Below, piece by piece: positions 21,070 to 31,760 of a stretch of DNA of 41,550 nt (position 1 is the first letter of the stretch; each line of letters starts with the position of its first letter). The translations under genes were made by a program, and so were the position numbers. The notes beneath the pieces are model-generated. The model saw nothing but the letters and a program-made list of their open reading frames with translations, did no database searches and had not been told where the DNA came from. This DNA comes from Vicugna vicugna. Lineage: Eukaryota. The stretch covers positions 875,418-916,967 of the forward strand of contig MU058257.1 of assembly GCA_013265495.1 (NCBI GenBank), in the 5' to 3' direction.

Positions 21070-21350
21070 GCTTACTGTTCACTGCTTTTCCTTCAAGGCA
21101 TTACATGAGTTTTGTGTGTATCACCTTGCTTACTGCCACCACTGCCCTAGTAAACATGATTACCGTTATTTTGTATCTGGGGAAAATGAAGGTTTAGGGT
21201 TGTTAAGGAGCAATATTTCAGGAGAGGAAAAGGGCAAACCATACAGAGAATATTCAGCAAGATTGAGAATTCTTGTGTCTTTCAGTTGGAGAAGACTCAA
21301 GGATCAACTCCTTAACCCTCTCATTTGAAAGATGAGGGCAGTGAGAGTAG
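21070..21350 (-). mobile_element. MIR/MIR3 fragments
   Basis: ttattttgtatctggggaaaatgaaggtttag and ttaaccctctcatttgaaagatgagggcagtgag. Confidence 0.5.
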
Positions 21351-21534
21351 GACCACTTCAATGTTCTATATAGTGAACTTCAATACTTTTCACTTTCATT
21401 TCCATTCTCTGAGTTTGAAATGAGAACACTTACACTAGCTTTTTTCTAATAATAGGATTCTCGTAACCATTAATGGGAATGAGCCAAGATGAATGGAACT
21501 GTCCATCTGTCTGACATCTCGCTGATGGGTACGT

Positions 21535-21710
21535 GGGCAGTGTGGCACCCAGAATGCTGGCCTGGGGCTAGGAGCCTGGGCCCTACCCCTTCTATGACAC
21601 TGAACCTGCTTTCAGTAAACAGCTCTCAGACATGTGTTTGGACCTCAGTGTCTTTATCTCTAAAATTAGGGGTTGGATTAAATCTTTTAAATGTTCTTAA
21701 AATTCTAATG
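21535..21710 (+). mobile_element. MIR fragment
   Basis: ctggggctaggagcctggg…tggacctcagtgtctttatctctaaaattaggggttggatta. Confidence 0.55.
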
Positions 21711-22181
21711 TGCCACAATTCTCACTTTCTTTATATAATTTTTTGAATGCATAATATATACTTATGTCAAAAAGATGCAAATTCATAGATGCTATAAAGA
21801 GAGGAGGCAAGCAGAAATTAAAAATGGAAGATCACATTATATTTGACTGTATTTCAAAGCTAAGTGATCTCTAAAGAGAAAGATGTTGATTCGATATTTT
21901 TTAATGTTGCACTTTCCGGTAGACAATAAATTCTGAAGTGACTGGTTCCTCTTAGGGTATGTTTATTTCCTGTTTTCTTCATAAGGTTTTGGGAGTCTGT
22001 ATTTTCAAATAAGCATCAAGTTCCCTTATTTTAATATGTTGTGGCTACCCATGATCACGAGTATTTCAACACATCAACTCTTGCAAGTCAGGGAAGACAA
22101 GGGTGGGGGTAGATCTCTTTGGATGAGTCTCATTTGGTTTGCTTGGAGTCTGGAGCTGTAATTCTCAGCTGGCAGTACCAC

Positions 22182-22281
22182 CTCATTCCTCTCGTAACTG
22201 ATTATGTCATCACAAACAGAGATTTATGAGCGCCAACTCAAAAGAAACAGAAGGCAGGATGAATTATGAGAAGTTCCAGGT
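22182..22281 (-). pseudogene. Candidate pseudo-exon (…SVSFELALINLCL**HNQLREE)
   Basis: Acceptor tgtttgcag|ACC at 22281, weak donor G|gtggta at 22182; S.e.a..L..H..l pattern. Confidence 0.3.
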
Positions 22282-22504
22282 CTGCAAACAGTTTCTTCAA
22301 TAATTAGCCTAAGGTGGGGAGGAGGGTGAAATTAACCTCACTAAACTCCCATTTTACACAACCCAAATAATACACTGCTAACATCTGACTGAGCACAGAA
22401 ATTCATCTTGAGCTGATCCAGTTTAAAACCCATTTGTAAATTCAGTCTGAAGGGCTTCAAGTGAAAAGGATGAAGGGTTGGGAATGCAGGGTGGGGAGCA
22501 GGTG

Positions 22505-22649
22505 GTCCCTCCACACGATGGCCTGGATGGCTTAATAGGGTCTCTCCAGCCCTGACGGATGGATCTCTGAGATGGCCCATAGGTAAATACGAAATGATTT
22601 TGTGTTCCAAGAGGAAAACATCACCACAGACACAAGCGTTTTTGCTTCC
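22505..22649 (-). pseudogene. Candidate 5'-most coding pseudo-exon with a CCDC141 N-terminal-like motif (AISEI-SVRAGET-IQAIV across frameshifts)
   Basis: Acceptor tttttctgtttgcatcag|GGA at 22649. SVRAGET (22559-22539) and IQAIV (22528-22514) compare with remembered CCDC141 TVSSVAVQAGDSKIVIAVI. Confidence 0.45.
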
Positions 22650-22887
22650 CTGATGCAAACAGAAAAACATCAATGTGCAGAGGCATGGCGTCCCTGTAAC
22701 TCCTCACTGTGACAATGAGAGTTTGCAGGCCAACAAGGGCAAAGGCTGAACCCTTTACTTAGTGTGCCATTATGCAAGGACATTCCATTAGCTATAAAAT
22801 TGCAACCTAATATTCAACCCATGGTACATTTGCCCCTTCTCGTAAAGAAACTGTAGCAGAAGGCATCCTGGGGAAAAGGCAATAGGA

Positions 22888-23005
22888 ATCCATCAACCTA
22901 CCAATAGATATTTATTGTGGAGCCCTGTGACAGGTTATTATGACCCTGGAAAGAAAGAATAATTAAATAATATGGAGAGTAGTTCTAGCTCTCAAAAATC
23001 TTCCA
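22888..23005 (-). mobile_element. L2 3' end (continues after the L1, from ~24780)
   Basis: atccatcaacctaccaatagatatttattg…gttctagctctcaaaaatcttcca. Confidence 0.5.
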
Positions 23006-24766
23006 ATTTTTTCATAGGAATAGAACAACAATTCTAAAATTTGTATGGAACCCAAAAGAGGCCCCAAATGCCCAAAGCAATCCTGTGAAAGAAGCACAAA
23101 GCTGGAAACATCACTCTCCTTGATTCCAAATTATATTACAAAGCCATGATAGTCAAAGCAGTATGGTGTTGGCATTAAAATGGGCACGGAGATGAATGGA
23201 ACAGATTGGAGAGCTCAGAAATAAGCCCATGCTTGTATGGTCAACTAATTCATGACAAAGCAGCCAAGAATACACAACGAGGAAACGACATTCTGTATAA
23301 CAAATGACACTGGGAAAACTGGAAAGCCACATGCAAAAGAAAGAAACTGGACTACAATCTTACACCATACACAGACACTCACTCGCGATGGATTAAAGAC
23401 TTGAATGTTAAGACCTGCAAGCATAAAACACCTAGAAGAAAACATAGGCAGTAAGCGCCTTGATGTTGGTTTGATGATGACTTTTTGGATTCAACACCAA
23501 AACAAAAACAATGAAAGGAAAAATAAGCAAGTGGGACAATGTCAAACTAAAACTCTTTTGACTCTACTTCAGCAAAAAAATAAAAAAATAAAAAAAAAAT
23601 AAAGAGAGAGAGAGAGAGAGAAAGTGTTTGCACAGCAAAGGAAACCATCAACAAGATGAAAAGGCAACCTACTGAATGGGGAAAATATTTGAAAATTATA
23701 TATCTGATAGTTGATTTCCAAAATATATAAAGAACTCATACAACTTAATAACAAAAACCAAGCATTCCTATTAAAAATAGGTGGAGGATCCGAACACTTT
23801 TTCAAAGAAGACATGCAGATAGCCCACAGGTACGTGAAAAGATGCTCAACATCACTAATCATCAGGGCAACACATATCAAAACCACAGCAAAATACCACC
23901 TCCCACCTGTCAGAATGGCTGTCATCAAAAAGTCAGGAAATAACAGGTGTTGGTGAGGACATGGAGGAAAGGGAACCTTTGTGTGCTGTTGGCAGGACTG
24001 TGAAATGACGCAGCCACTGAGGAAGACAGGATGGAGTTTCCTCAAAAAACTAAAAATAAAACCACTGTATAATCCAGAATTTCCACTTCAGGGTATTTAC
24101 CCAAAGAAAATGAAAACACTAATTTGAAAAGACAGATACACGCCCATGTTCACTGCAGCATTATTTACAATAGCCAAGATAGGGAAATAAGCTAAGTGCC
24201 CACTAATGGATGAATGGATAAAGAAAATATGGCATTAATATACAATGGAATATTATTCAGCCATAAAAAGAACGAAACCTTGTCATTTGTGACAACACCA
24301 TGGGCTCTGAGGGCATTATGCTCAGTGAAATAAGTTGGACAGAGAAAGACAAATGCCATAAGATCTCCCTTATATGTGGAATCTTAAAAAAAAAAAGGAA
24401 GAACAAAAACATAAGCTCATAGATTCAGCAAACAGACTGGTGGTTGCCAGAGGCAGGAGCAGGGGTTGAGTGAAATGGATGAAGGGGGTCAAGAGGTACA
24501 AACTTCTAGCTATAAAATAAATGTTATGAGGATACAATGCTACGCATGGTGACTGTAGTTAATAATACTGTATTGCACATTTGGAAGTTGCTAAGTAAAT
24601 CTTAAACGTTCTCATAAGGAAAAAACTCTAACTCTGCACAGTGATGGATGTTAACAAGACTTATTGTGGTGATCATTTCTCAATATATACAGACGTTGAA
24701 TCATTATTTTGTACATCTGGAACTAATGTAATGTTGTATGTCAATTATACCGCAGTAAAAACAAAA
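23006..24766 (+). mobile_element. 5'-truncated L1 (L1MA-like): 3' part of ORF2 plus 3' UTR, decayed
   Basis: ORF remnants …KEDMQIAHRYVKRCSTSLIIR…YHLPPVRMAVIKKSGNNRCW, an L1MA-type 3' UTR and an A-rich tail. Flanks are aatcttcca and aatcttccg. Confidence 0.92.
23572..23621 (+). repeat. Poly-A plus (GA)n tract inside the L1
   Basis: aaaaaaataaaaaaataaaaaaaaaataaagagagagagagagagagag. Confidence 0.8.
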
Positions 24767-25145
24767 GGAATCTTCCGACCTAGCTCAGGAGGTGGGACAT
24801 GCACGCAAGGCAAAGTGCGGCAAGTCAGTGGGAGTGAGGGGGTCAGGAAGACGGGCTGGGGGCTCAAAGGGGCAAAGAGCCTGAGGGTTGTAGGAATCAA
24901 GAAATGCTTCCAGAAGTTGTCTTTGAAAGACGATTCTGGTAGCTGGATGACAGCGAAAGCCTGCAGAGAATTGTAAGCAGGACGGCAGACTCGCCAGGAA
25001 GAGGAGCAGTGGAGGGACCGAAGCAGGTGGAAGCAAGAGAACAGCCAGGTGGTTTCTTGGGAGAGTCACTTAGGGGAAGGTGCTGGCGAGAGACTAAGGA
25101 GGGATTCAGAGATGGCACTGGAGAGGGTGCCGAGAAAAGAGAAGA

Positions 25146-25345
25146 GTAGTTATTAAGCACCTACTGTATTTCAGTCACTGTGCTCGCCGCTCTCTTACCC
25201 CTTTTAATTCTCGGAAAGTTCATAGGACCAACATCAGTGCTCCCATTTTACCCAAAAGACATGAGGGCTCAGAGGCATTAAGTAAATGGAGTCAGAATTG
25301 AAACCCAGTTCTTCCGACTTCAAACCCCATGCTTTTTCTACCATT
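25146..25345 (-). mobile_element. MIR SINE
   Basis: ttattaagcacctactgt…cccattttac…gggctcagaggcattaagtaa…gaattgaaacccag…acttcaaaccccatgc. Confidence 0.8.
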
Positions 25346-27649
25346 CTCCTCCACGCTCCTGTATCTTCTCTGGATGCAGTTTCATCGCCTGGCAAGATGA
25401 GGGACTAGGCTAGAAAGGCTCTGAGGTGCACTTCAGCGTTACAGGACAATGGGCACCATTCCAAATCCACAGAGAAGCGAACACAGCAGCAACGTTACTC
25501 CAGGAAAAAGCGGGCGGCTCGAGAGCTGCGTGGAGGTCTGGGAGATGCTGCCGCTGAGGAATTCTGGCTCAGAGTCAACCATTCAGACCCTCTTCCTTAC
25601 CAGCTTCCTTGTCCTAGTTGAAGTAGGGGCTGAGAAGCCCAGGCCAGGCAGGACTGTCTCGGAGAGAGGTACCCGGAGGTGCCCGCACTCATCAACCATA
25701 AAGGTTCACACAGAAATGAGTGGGGTCAACTTCTCAGGATCGCCTCAAGAGGAAGACCTTTGCCCGCCCGGTCTGCTGCCAACGTCCACCTCACGGCCTC
25801 CCAGAACCGTGGGACTGAATGGCCTTCCCAACAGACATGGGTGGGAGTCACAGAGGCCTTGTTTCCAGCACAGCTCACTCCCAAGCTGATGGATGGAAAG
25901 AACGAGACATCGAATGAGAGACATACTGAGGACAGAAAGGTGCGAGGCGGAGAGCGAAGTGTGAGTCTTGAACATACAACGAGAAGAGGGCTGCAGGAAA
26001 GAAGGCATCTCGGGAGTACCAGACACGGCGTAAAACGGCAGAAAGGGATACGTCTGTAAACTTCTGTAAACGCGTCAAAAATTACCAAGCGGGGAGAGGC
26101 GGACGTGAGAGCCGGGCGTAAGGCTGGGGGAGGCCGACACAAAGTGACAGAGCCCTCTGCTCCCCCTGAAAGGGGAGTCCTCACGCTTCTCAGGCAGGGC
26201 TGGAGATGAGCTTGCGTGTCTGCGTGGAATCTGTACACGTGTCCTGAGGAGCTTCTGGTCACTCCAGCCACAAGAACCACAGGATTTGCTCTGTAGCCCT
26301 GGGTCACTTTCCACTCCACTTGTCGTGTGTCCAATATCTTGCTCTCTTTGAAATGTCTGGATTCTACAGAGAAGGAAACCTAGAAAAGTCCAAGAAAGCA
26401 AGCTTTTCAAGGCTCCTGCTCTCACGGTGCTGAGACGGAGTGCTCAAGTCTCTGAAAAGGGTGGATCAAAATATTGAGAATAAGGAATCACAGAAAAGAA
26501 CTAATCCATAATTTATCCTCTAAATGTCTTAAACTGCTGAGGCAAATGAAACCCAAGACAACAGTTCTTTGTGGGCTCAGGACTACATTTGTTTCCTCAT
26601 CTCCCTCTAGTCAGTCTGCAAGTCGAGTCCTGATGGCTGGGTGCGCAGTGCGCGTCCACCAGGACCCAGCTAACACAGAATGAACTCTTCGAGGAAATGG
26701 CCTCCATTCATTAGTGTGAATGCATCCAGGAAACAGCCTGGCGCAAATTCCTTTCTTTCTTTTTTCTTTTTTCCTTTTTCCTTAATGGACATTTGCTTTG
26801 TCAGACTTGCATTATGGTGCAGATATAAATATAGAAATGAAATATTGATGACTTGTCTCAACCACAACTTGTGCGAGATCACACACTGCAGAGCCAAGGG
26901 GGGGCGGCGGGTGAGGGGGTGGGATGCCAGAGCTTTCAGGAACTAAGCTCTCTTGAATGGCTCTTTGGCTGAAATTCATTTTCAAAAAGCGTTTTCTCCC
27001 GAGGCTATTTTGAGGACCAGAAGTAAGGCTTAGGGTAGACTTTTTCTCATGAAAATTCAACCCTACCATCTTGCAAATCTTTTCCTTCCCACCCACGGAG
27101 CTGGTCAGCCCCCACTCACTAGGGCACCACAGGCATGCTGGATGGCGGTGCCTGCCCAGACAGCGGTGGCCGGGAGGGGCCTGCTGCCACCCAGGCATCC
27201 ACGCAGCGCCCAGCCCGGAACAGCAAAGCAAGCAGCAAAGGCATCACTAAGGCTTGTTTTGATTCCAGGCAGAATGCAAATGACGCATTCCTGACATGTG
27301 AGGTCAAAACAACCACCAACCTAAACAAACAGGAGCAAGGAGCCACTGAGCCCCTCTCTTGTTCCTGGGTAGAAACTCTGTTAGTTCTGTACGGGTTAGC
27401 CTGGTGGATGCCACCTTAACCAAGTTATAAAAACCAGTATTTGGACAAATTGCTATCAAGAGACTACTGGTATGACTCATTAAGAAGCATACAACATGGC
27501 TTTCGTGATGTCCTGCCAAAAATTCATAACCAGAGTCCAAGATGAGGAAATATCAGCAAACCCAAATTGAAGGATGCTCTGCAAAATGACGGTCTTGCAT
27601 TCTTCGGAAGGTCAAGGTCCAGGAAGACAAAGAAACCAGGGCTAAGAAG

Positions 27650-28103
27650 CCATTACTGATCAGAGACACTAAAGAGACACAAAAATGAAATGAAATGCAT
27701 GATCTTGAACTTGTAATTTGAATATGGACTGTGGATTCAGACAATGGCATTGTATCAATATTAAATTGCTTTGGTAATTGTACTGTGGTGACGCAGTATG
27801 TTGTCTGTTCTTAGGAAACACACAATGAAGAAGTTACAGAACAAGCATGATGTCTCCAACTTAGTTTTCAATGATTCAGGGGAAAAAAATTATCTGTCCA
27901 TCTAGAGAGAAGAAAAGAGAGATGAGAGAAATAGGAGAACTAGCAGATGGTAGCTGGAATCTTGCTGGCAGATTTTTAAGTCTTATTCTTGAAGGAAAAG
28001 CCGATAATGACAGCCTGGAATCTGACAGATTCAATATTAGGGACTCTTTTTTGAAAATTTTAATTTTTGATATATCACAAATATTTTTGAAACAAAGTTA
28101 AAA
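27650..28103 (+). mobile_element. Old L1 3' UTR fragment (L1MC-like)
   Basis: gagacactaaagagacac…aaatgcatgatctt…atttgaatatggactgtgga…ttcttaggaaacacaca…gcatgatgtctccaactta. Confidence 0.65.
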
Positions 28104-28109
28104 TCGAAA

Positions 28110-28640
28110 GTATTATCACAGAAAGAGAAGCTAGAAAGGACCACATGGGAGGGTTAGAACTGTCAAATGCAGTAACTAAATAAAAACTTCACTCGGTGAG
28201 CTCAGCAACAGAGTGGACCCGACAGAGTAAAGATTCAGTGAAGCCGATGTAAGAATAGATATTATCCAACCTGAACAACAGAGAGAAAAGAGACAAAAAA
28301 TTGAAAAAGGATCAGAGGCCATAAAACAATTCCAAAAGTTCTAACATGCATGTCGTCAGAATTTCAGAAGAAGAAAAGTAACATTCAGAAAGAATATTTG
28401 AAGAAATAATGTCTAAAAAATTCCCAAATTTGGTGAAAAATAAACATAGAGATTCAAGAAACTCACTGAACCCCAGATAAAATATAGCAAAAGAATTCTA
28501 CACTCACATGCATCATTCAAACTGCTGAGAACTAAAGACAAAGAACAGGAAAGCAACCAGAGAAAAGCAATAAATTACTCGTAGGAAGACTACAATGCAA
28601 ATGACTGTAGATTTATCATCAGAAACCTCGGAGGCCAGAT
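28110..28640 (+). mobile_element. Old L1 ORF1 fragment
   Basis: gaatatttgaagaaataatgtctaaaaaattcccaaatttggtg…agattcaagaaactcactgaacccca…tcatcagaaacctcggaggccaga. Confidence 0.75.
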
Positions 28641-28644
28641 TAGA

Positions 28645-29878
28645 AAGAAAGAAAGAAAACTGTTTTCACTCCAGATGATGTGATTTTCTTTGTAGACAAT
28701 TAATTCCAAGGGTTTCATAAAACTATTCCTAGAACTAATAAATAAGTTTGACAAGATTTCAGGATACAAGGTCAACACACAGAAATTAATCATATTTCTA
28801 CATGAAATCAACAATTAGAAATTGAAATAAACAAAAGATACCATTTAAAATAGCTCTAAAAAGAGTTGTATTGGGTATAGAATCTACGGTATGTGCAGAA
28901 TCTGTCTGCAGAAAACATAAAATACCAGGGAAGGAAGTCAAAGACCTAAATAAATGAAGGGATAGACCAGCAATTGGCGGGGCCAACACAGTAATGATAA
29001 ATTGATGTACAGATTTAATGCAATTCCTATCAAGATCCCAGCAGGAAATTTTCTAGAAGTGAATGAGCTGATCCTAAAATTTATAGAGAAATTAAAAGAA
29101 ACTAGGATAGTCAAGTCATTAATTAAAAAAAAATCAAAGTTGAAAGAATCATACTACCTGGTTTAAGATTGATTTTATAAAGCTGTAGTAATCAAGACAG
29201 CGTGGTACTGACGAAAGGATAAACACATTGATTGATGGAACAGAATCAAGATTTCAGAATCAAAGGTTCACAATAGACACAAGTGAATATGATCTTTGAC
29301 AAAGGTGCAAAGACAATTCAATGGGAAAAGGATTGTCTTTTCAATAAATGTCTTTAGAACAACTAGATTTTCACTTGCAAAAAAATAGAAATGAACTTTG
29401 ACCTAAGTCTTAGACTGTCTAAAAATTAGTCCAAAATGACTCATAGATCTAAAAGTAAAATGTAAAACGTGAAAACATTTAGAAGAAAACACAGGAGAAA
29501 ATTTTTAAGATCTGGAGTTAAGCAAAGAGCTTTTGCACATGACAACAAAACTGGGTTAAACATCTGATAATTGGACTTTGTCAAATATATTTGCTCTGTG
29601 CACAAAATTCAACTATAAGGAAACAAACAACCCAACATGAGAATCGGAAGAGACTTGACACTTGACCAAAGAGGATACAAGAAAAACAAGTAAACATATA
29701 AAAAGATGCTCGACATCAGTAATCGTTAGGGAAAGGCAAACTCAAAACACATAAGCTAGTTTTCCATAACTATTAGAATGTCTGAAATACTACCAAGTGC
29801 TGACAAAGTTATTGAGCTACTGGAATGTTCATACTCTGCTGGTGCAAAGGTGACCCAGTAACTCTGGAAGATACTGGC
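28645..29878 (+). mobile_element. Old L1 ORF2 3' fragment (from the RT FADD region onward)
   Basis: aaactgttttcactccagatgatgtgat…tttcaggatacaaggtcaacacacagaaatt…tctttgacaaaggtgcaaaga…aaaagatgctcgacatca. Confidence 0.85.
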
Positions 29879-30222
29879 CATGTCATATGATGCCTGTCAT
29901 TCTCTGTCTGACTTACTTTGCTTAGTATGATCACCTCCAGGTCCATCCATGTTGCTGCAAATGGCATGGTTTCATTCTTTTTTATGGCTGCATAGCATTC
30001 CATTGTATATATACACCACATCTTCCTTATCCAGTCATCTGTCGATGGACATTTAGGTTGCTTCCCTGTCTTGGCTGTTGTAAATAGTGCTGCTATGAAC
30101 AGTGGGGTGCATGTGTCTTTCTGAATTAGAGTTTTTGTCTTTTCTGGATATATGCCCAAGAATGAGATGGCTGGATCATATGGTAACTCTTGTTTTTAGT
30201 TTTTTAAGGAACCTCCATACTG
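29879..30222 (-). mobile_element. Younger L1 ORF2 C-terminal fragment, antisense
   Basis: ORF 29809-30159 (-): GIYPEKTKTLIQKDTCTPLFIAALFTTAKTGKQPKCPSTDDWIRKMWCIYTMECYAAIKKNE…. Confidence 0.9.
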
Positions 30223-30325
30223 GGGCTTATATGATTCTTACATGTGCTCAAAGTCATAGAACTGTACACAAAAAAAAGTCAGTTTTACTGTATGTATTTA
30301 AAAATTAAATTAAAACTTAAAAATC
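30223..30325 (+). mobile_element. L1 3' terminal fragment
   Basis: caaagtcatagaactgtacacaaaaaaaagtcagttttactgtatgtatttaaaaattaaa. Confidence 0.6.
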
Positions 30326-30954
30326 AACTATCACTTACTTAAGAATAAATTTAGCTCCTAAGTGGAAAGAGAACATTCATAAATCACTGACTCAGGATCG
30401 GCTGCTATGACATGGACATGATCCACTTTGTTGTCATGCGGCATTGGGCAGTTTGGAGAAAAACATCCACCAACAAGATTCAGTCAGTTTGGAATCCAGT
30501 CACGGCCACTGCCACCCAGGCTTCTGCTGGAAGCTGTCCTCCCAGCACCTTGTGAAGGAGGAAGCTGTCCTGCCCTGCTGTCATGGGTGTTCTGCTGGCT
30601 TGGGACATGGGTCCCTGCAGAAGAGAGGGCTTCCTCAGGTTAGGGAGGCTGAGCTGTTTCCAGTGGAGGTAGGTGATGGGGGTGGGGCGTTGTCAAGGAG
30701 GACCAGCCTCCAAGTTTCCAAGTGCCCAGCAAGAGGGGGTCATCCTTGAGCAGCATTAAGAGTACAGAGTATGGACCCTCACACTTCTGAGGTCAGAGAT
30801 TTGATCTTGCCATGGCTCCGAGCTGACCAGATGCAGAGTGGGTGGCGAAGACCTTTCATAACCTCTATGTACACTTCCAATTGCGAGCTGACACTCCTTA
30901 GAATCAACCAGTTCCCTCTGCCAGATTCACACTCGGCAAGCAGCCTGCAGGTGG

Positions 30955-31070
30955 TTCACTCATTTATTCATTCGTTCCCCACTCATTTCTCGAGCACCTT
31001 CAACGTGACACACATTACACTGGGCGCTGGGCACACAACAATGAATAATGCATGCCCACTGCTCCGAGCC
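30955..31070 (-). mobile_element. L2 3' end
   Basis: ttcactcatttattcattc…catttctcgagcacct…ctgggcgctgggcacacaacaatgaataa. Confidence 0.7.
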
Positions 31071-31624
31071 GCTCCGAGCTCTTGCTGCAGGGTAGCGAGT
31101 GTGATGGCCGGCTGACAGGTATTCCAGGCCCCGTGGCAGTGATTTTCCACACTGTGATTTAACAAGGTAAGGTGAGGTGCAGTCAGATGTTCCCTTGTGA
31201 ATTCGCTTAACAAAAATCGTTTTCCTCGAATTTTACTACACTCAGAAAAAATGATAAAACCCCAAGATGAGGACCCCAGACTGGTGACTCCAGTGCAGAA
31301 CTGCCCACTTTGTGTCACCCGTGATGCAGCGCAGCAGCCGTAGCAGCTGCACACTGAGGCCGGAAACCATGTTCTGCTCATGCGCATGTTCTGTTGTTCC
31401 ACTCCATCCCTAGCAGCTAGCTCAGTGTTTGAAAGTAATATTGCAGGTGAGTTGTAATTAATATTTATGTGAAAGAGGGGAGGGAGGGAGGAAAAGAGAG
31501 AAAGAAGAAAGAAAGAGAAGCTTAAACCATTTGGAATTTGAAGTTTAAATGCCTGGGAGGTAAAGCATATTTTTAATAGACTATTACAAGAAATAGACCT
31601 TTTAAAAGAAAAAAAAATGGGCCC

Positions 31625-31760
31625 CAATTTTGGCTGCCACTCTTGAGCTATGTTATCTTTGTAAGGTAATTATCATCTCCAGCTTTGGTTTTCTCAACCA
31701 TAAAATGAAACGATTGGACTAAAGGATTTCTAAACCATTCCAGTACCCTTTGATTCCAGT
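31625..31760 (+). mobile_element. MIR/MIR3 fragment
   Basis: tggctgccactc…ctttggttttctcaaccataaaatgaaacgattggactaaaggatttctaaa. Confidence 0.6.

Larger units (their letters stand above)
17..22649 (-). pseudogene. Decayed multi-exon gene encoding spectrin-like repeats with a CCDC141-like N-terminus (unprocessed/unitary pseudogene; continues beyond window start)
   Basis: About 20 minus-strand segments carry polypyrimidine-AG acceptors and/or GT donors. Translations show spectrin-repeat motifs (W-I-N-E, L..H..F, G..L, I......L...W) with many stops and frameshifts. Several adjacent exons are phase-compatible. Family assignment is by eye. Confidence 0.62.

Noticed and set aside
17..22649. The exon chain as the functional CCDC141 gene or any intact gene
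   Set aside because: Stops and frameshifts occur in most exons, and similarity to remembered CCDC141 is far too low for a mammalian ortholog.
25449..26425. Overlapping 116-202 aa ORFs on both strands
   Set aside because: GC-richer sequence with few stops; no domain, no coherent splice structure and no preferred frame.
30983..31627. Longest ORF (214 aa, minus strand)
   Set aside because: It begins at a non-ATG codon at a MIR edge, crosses a low-complexity tract, ends in an L2 and has no recognisable domain.
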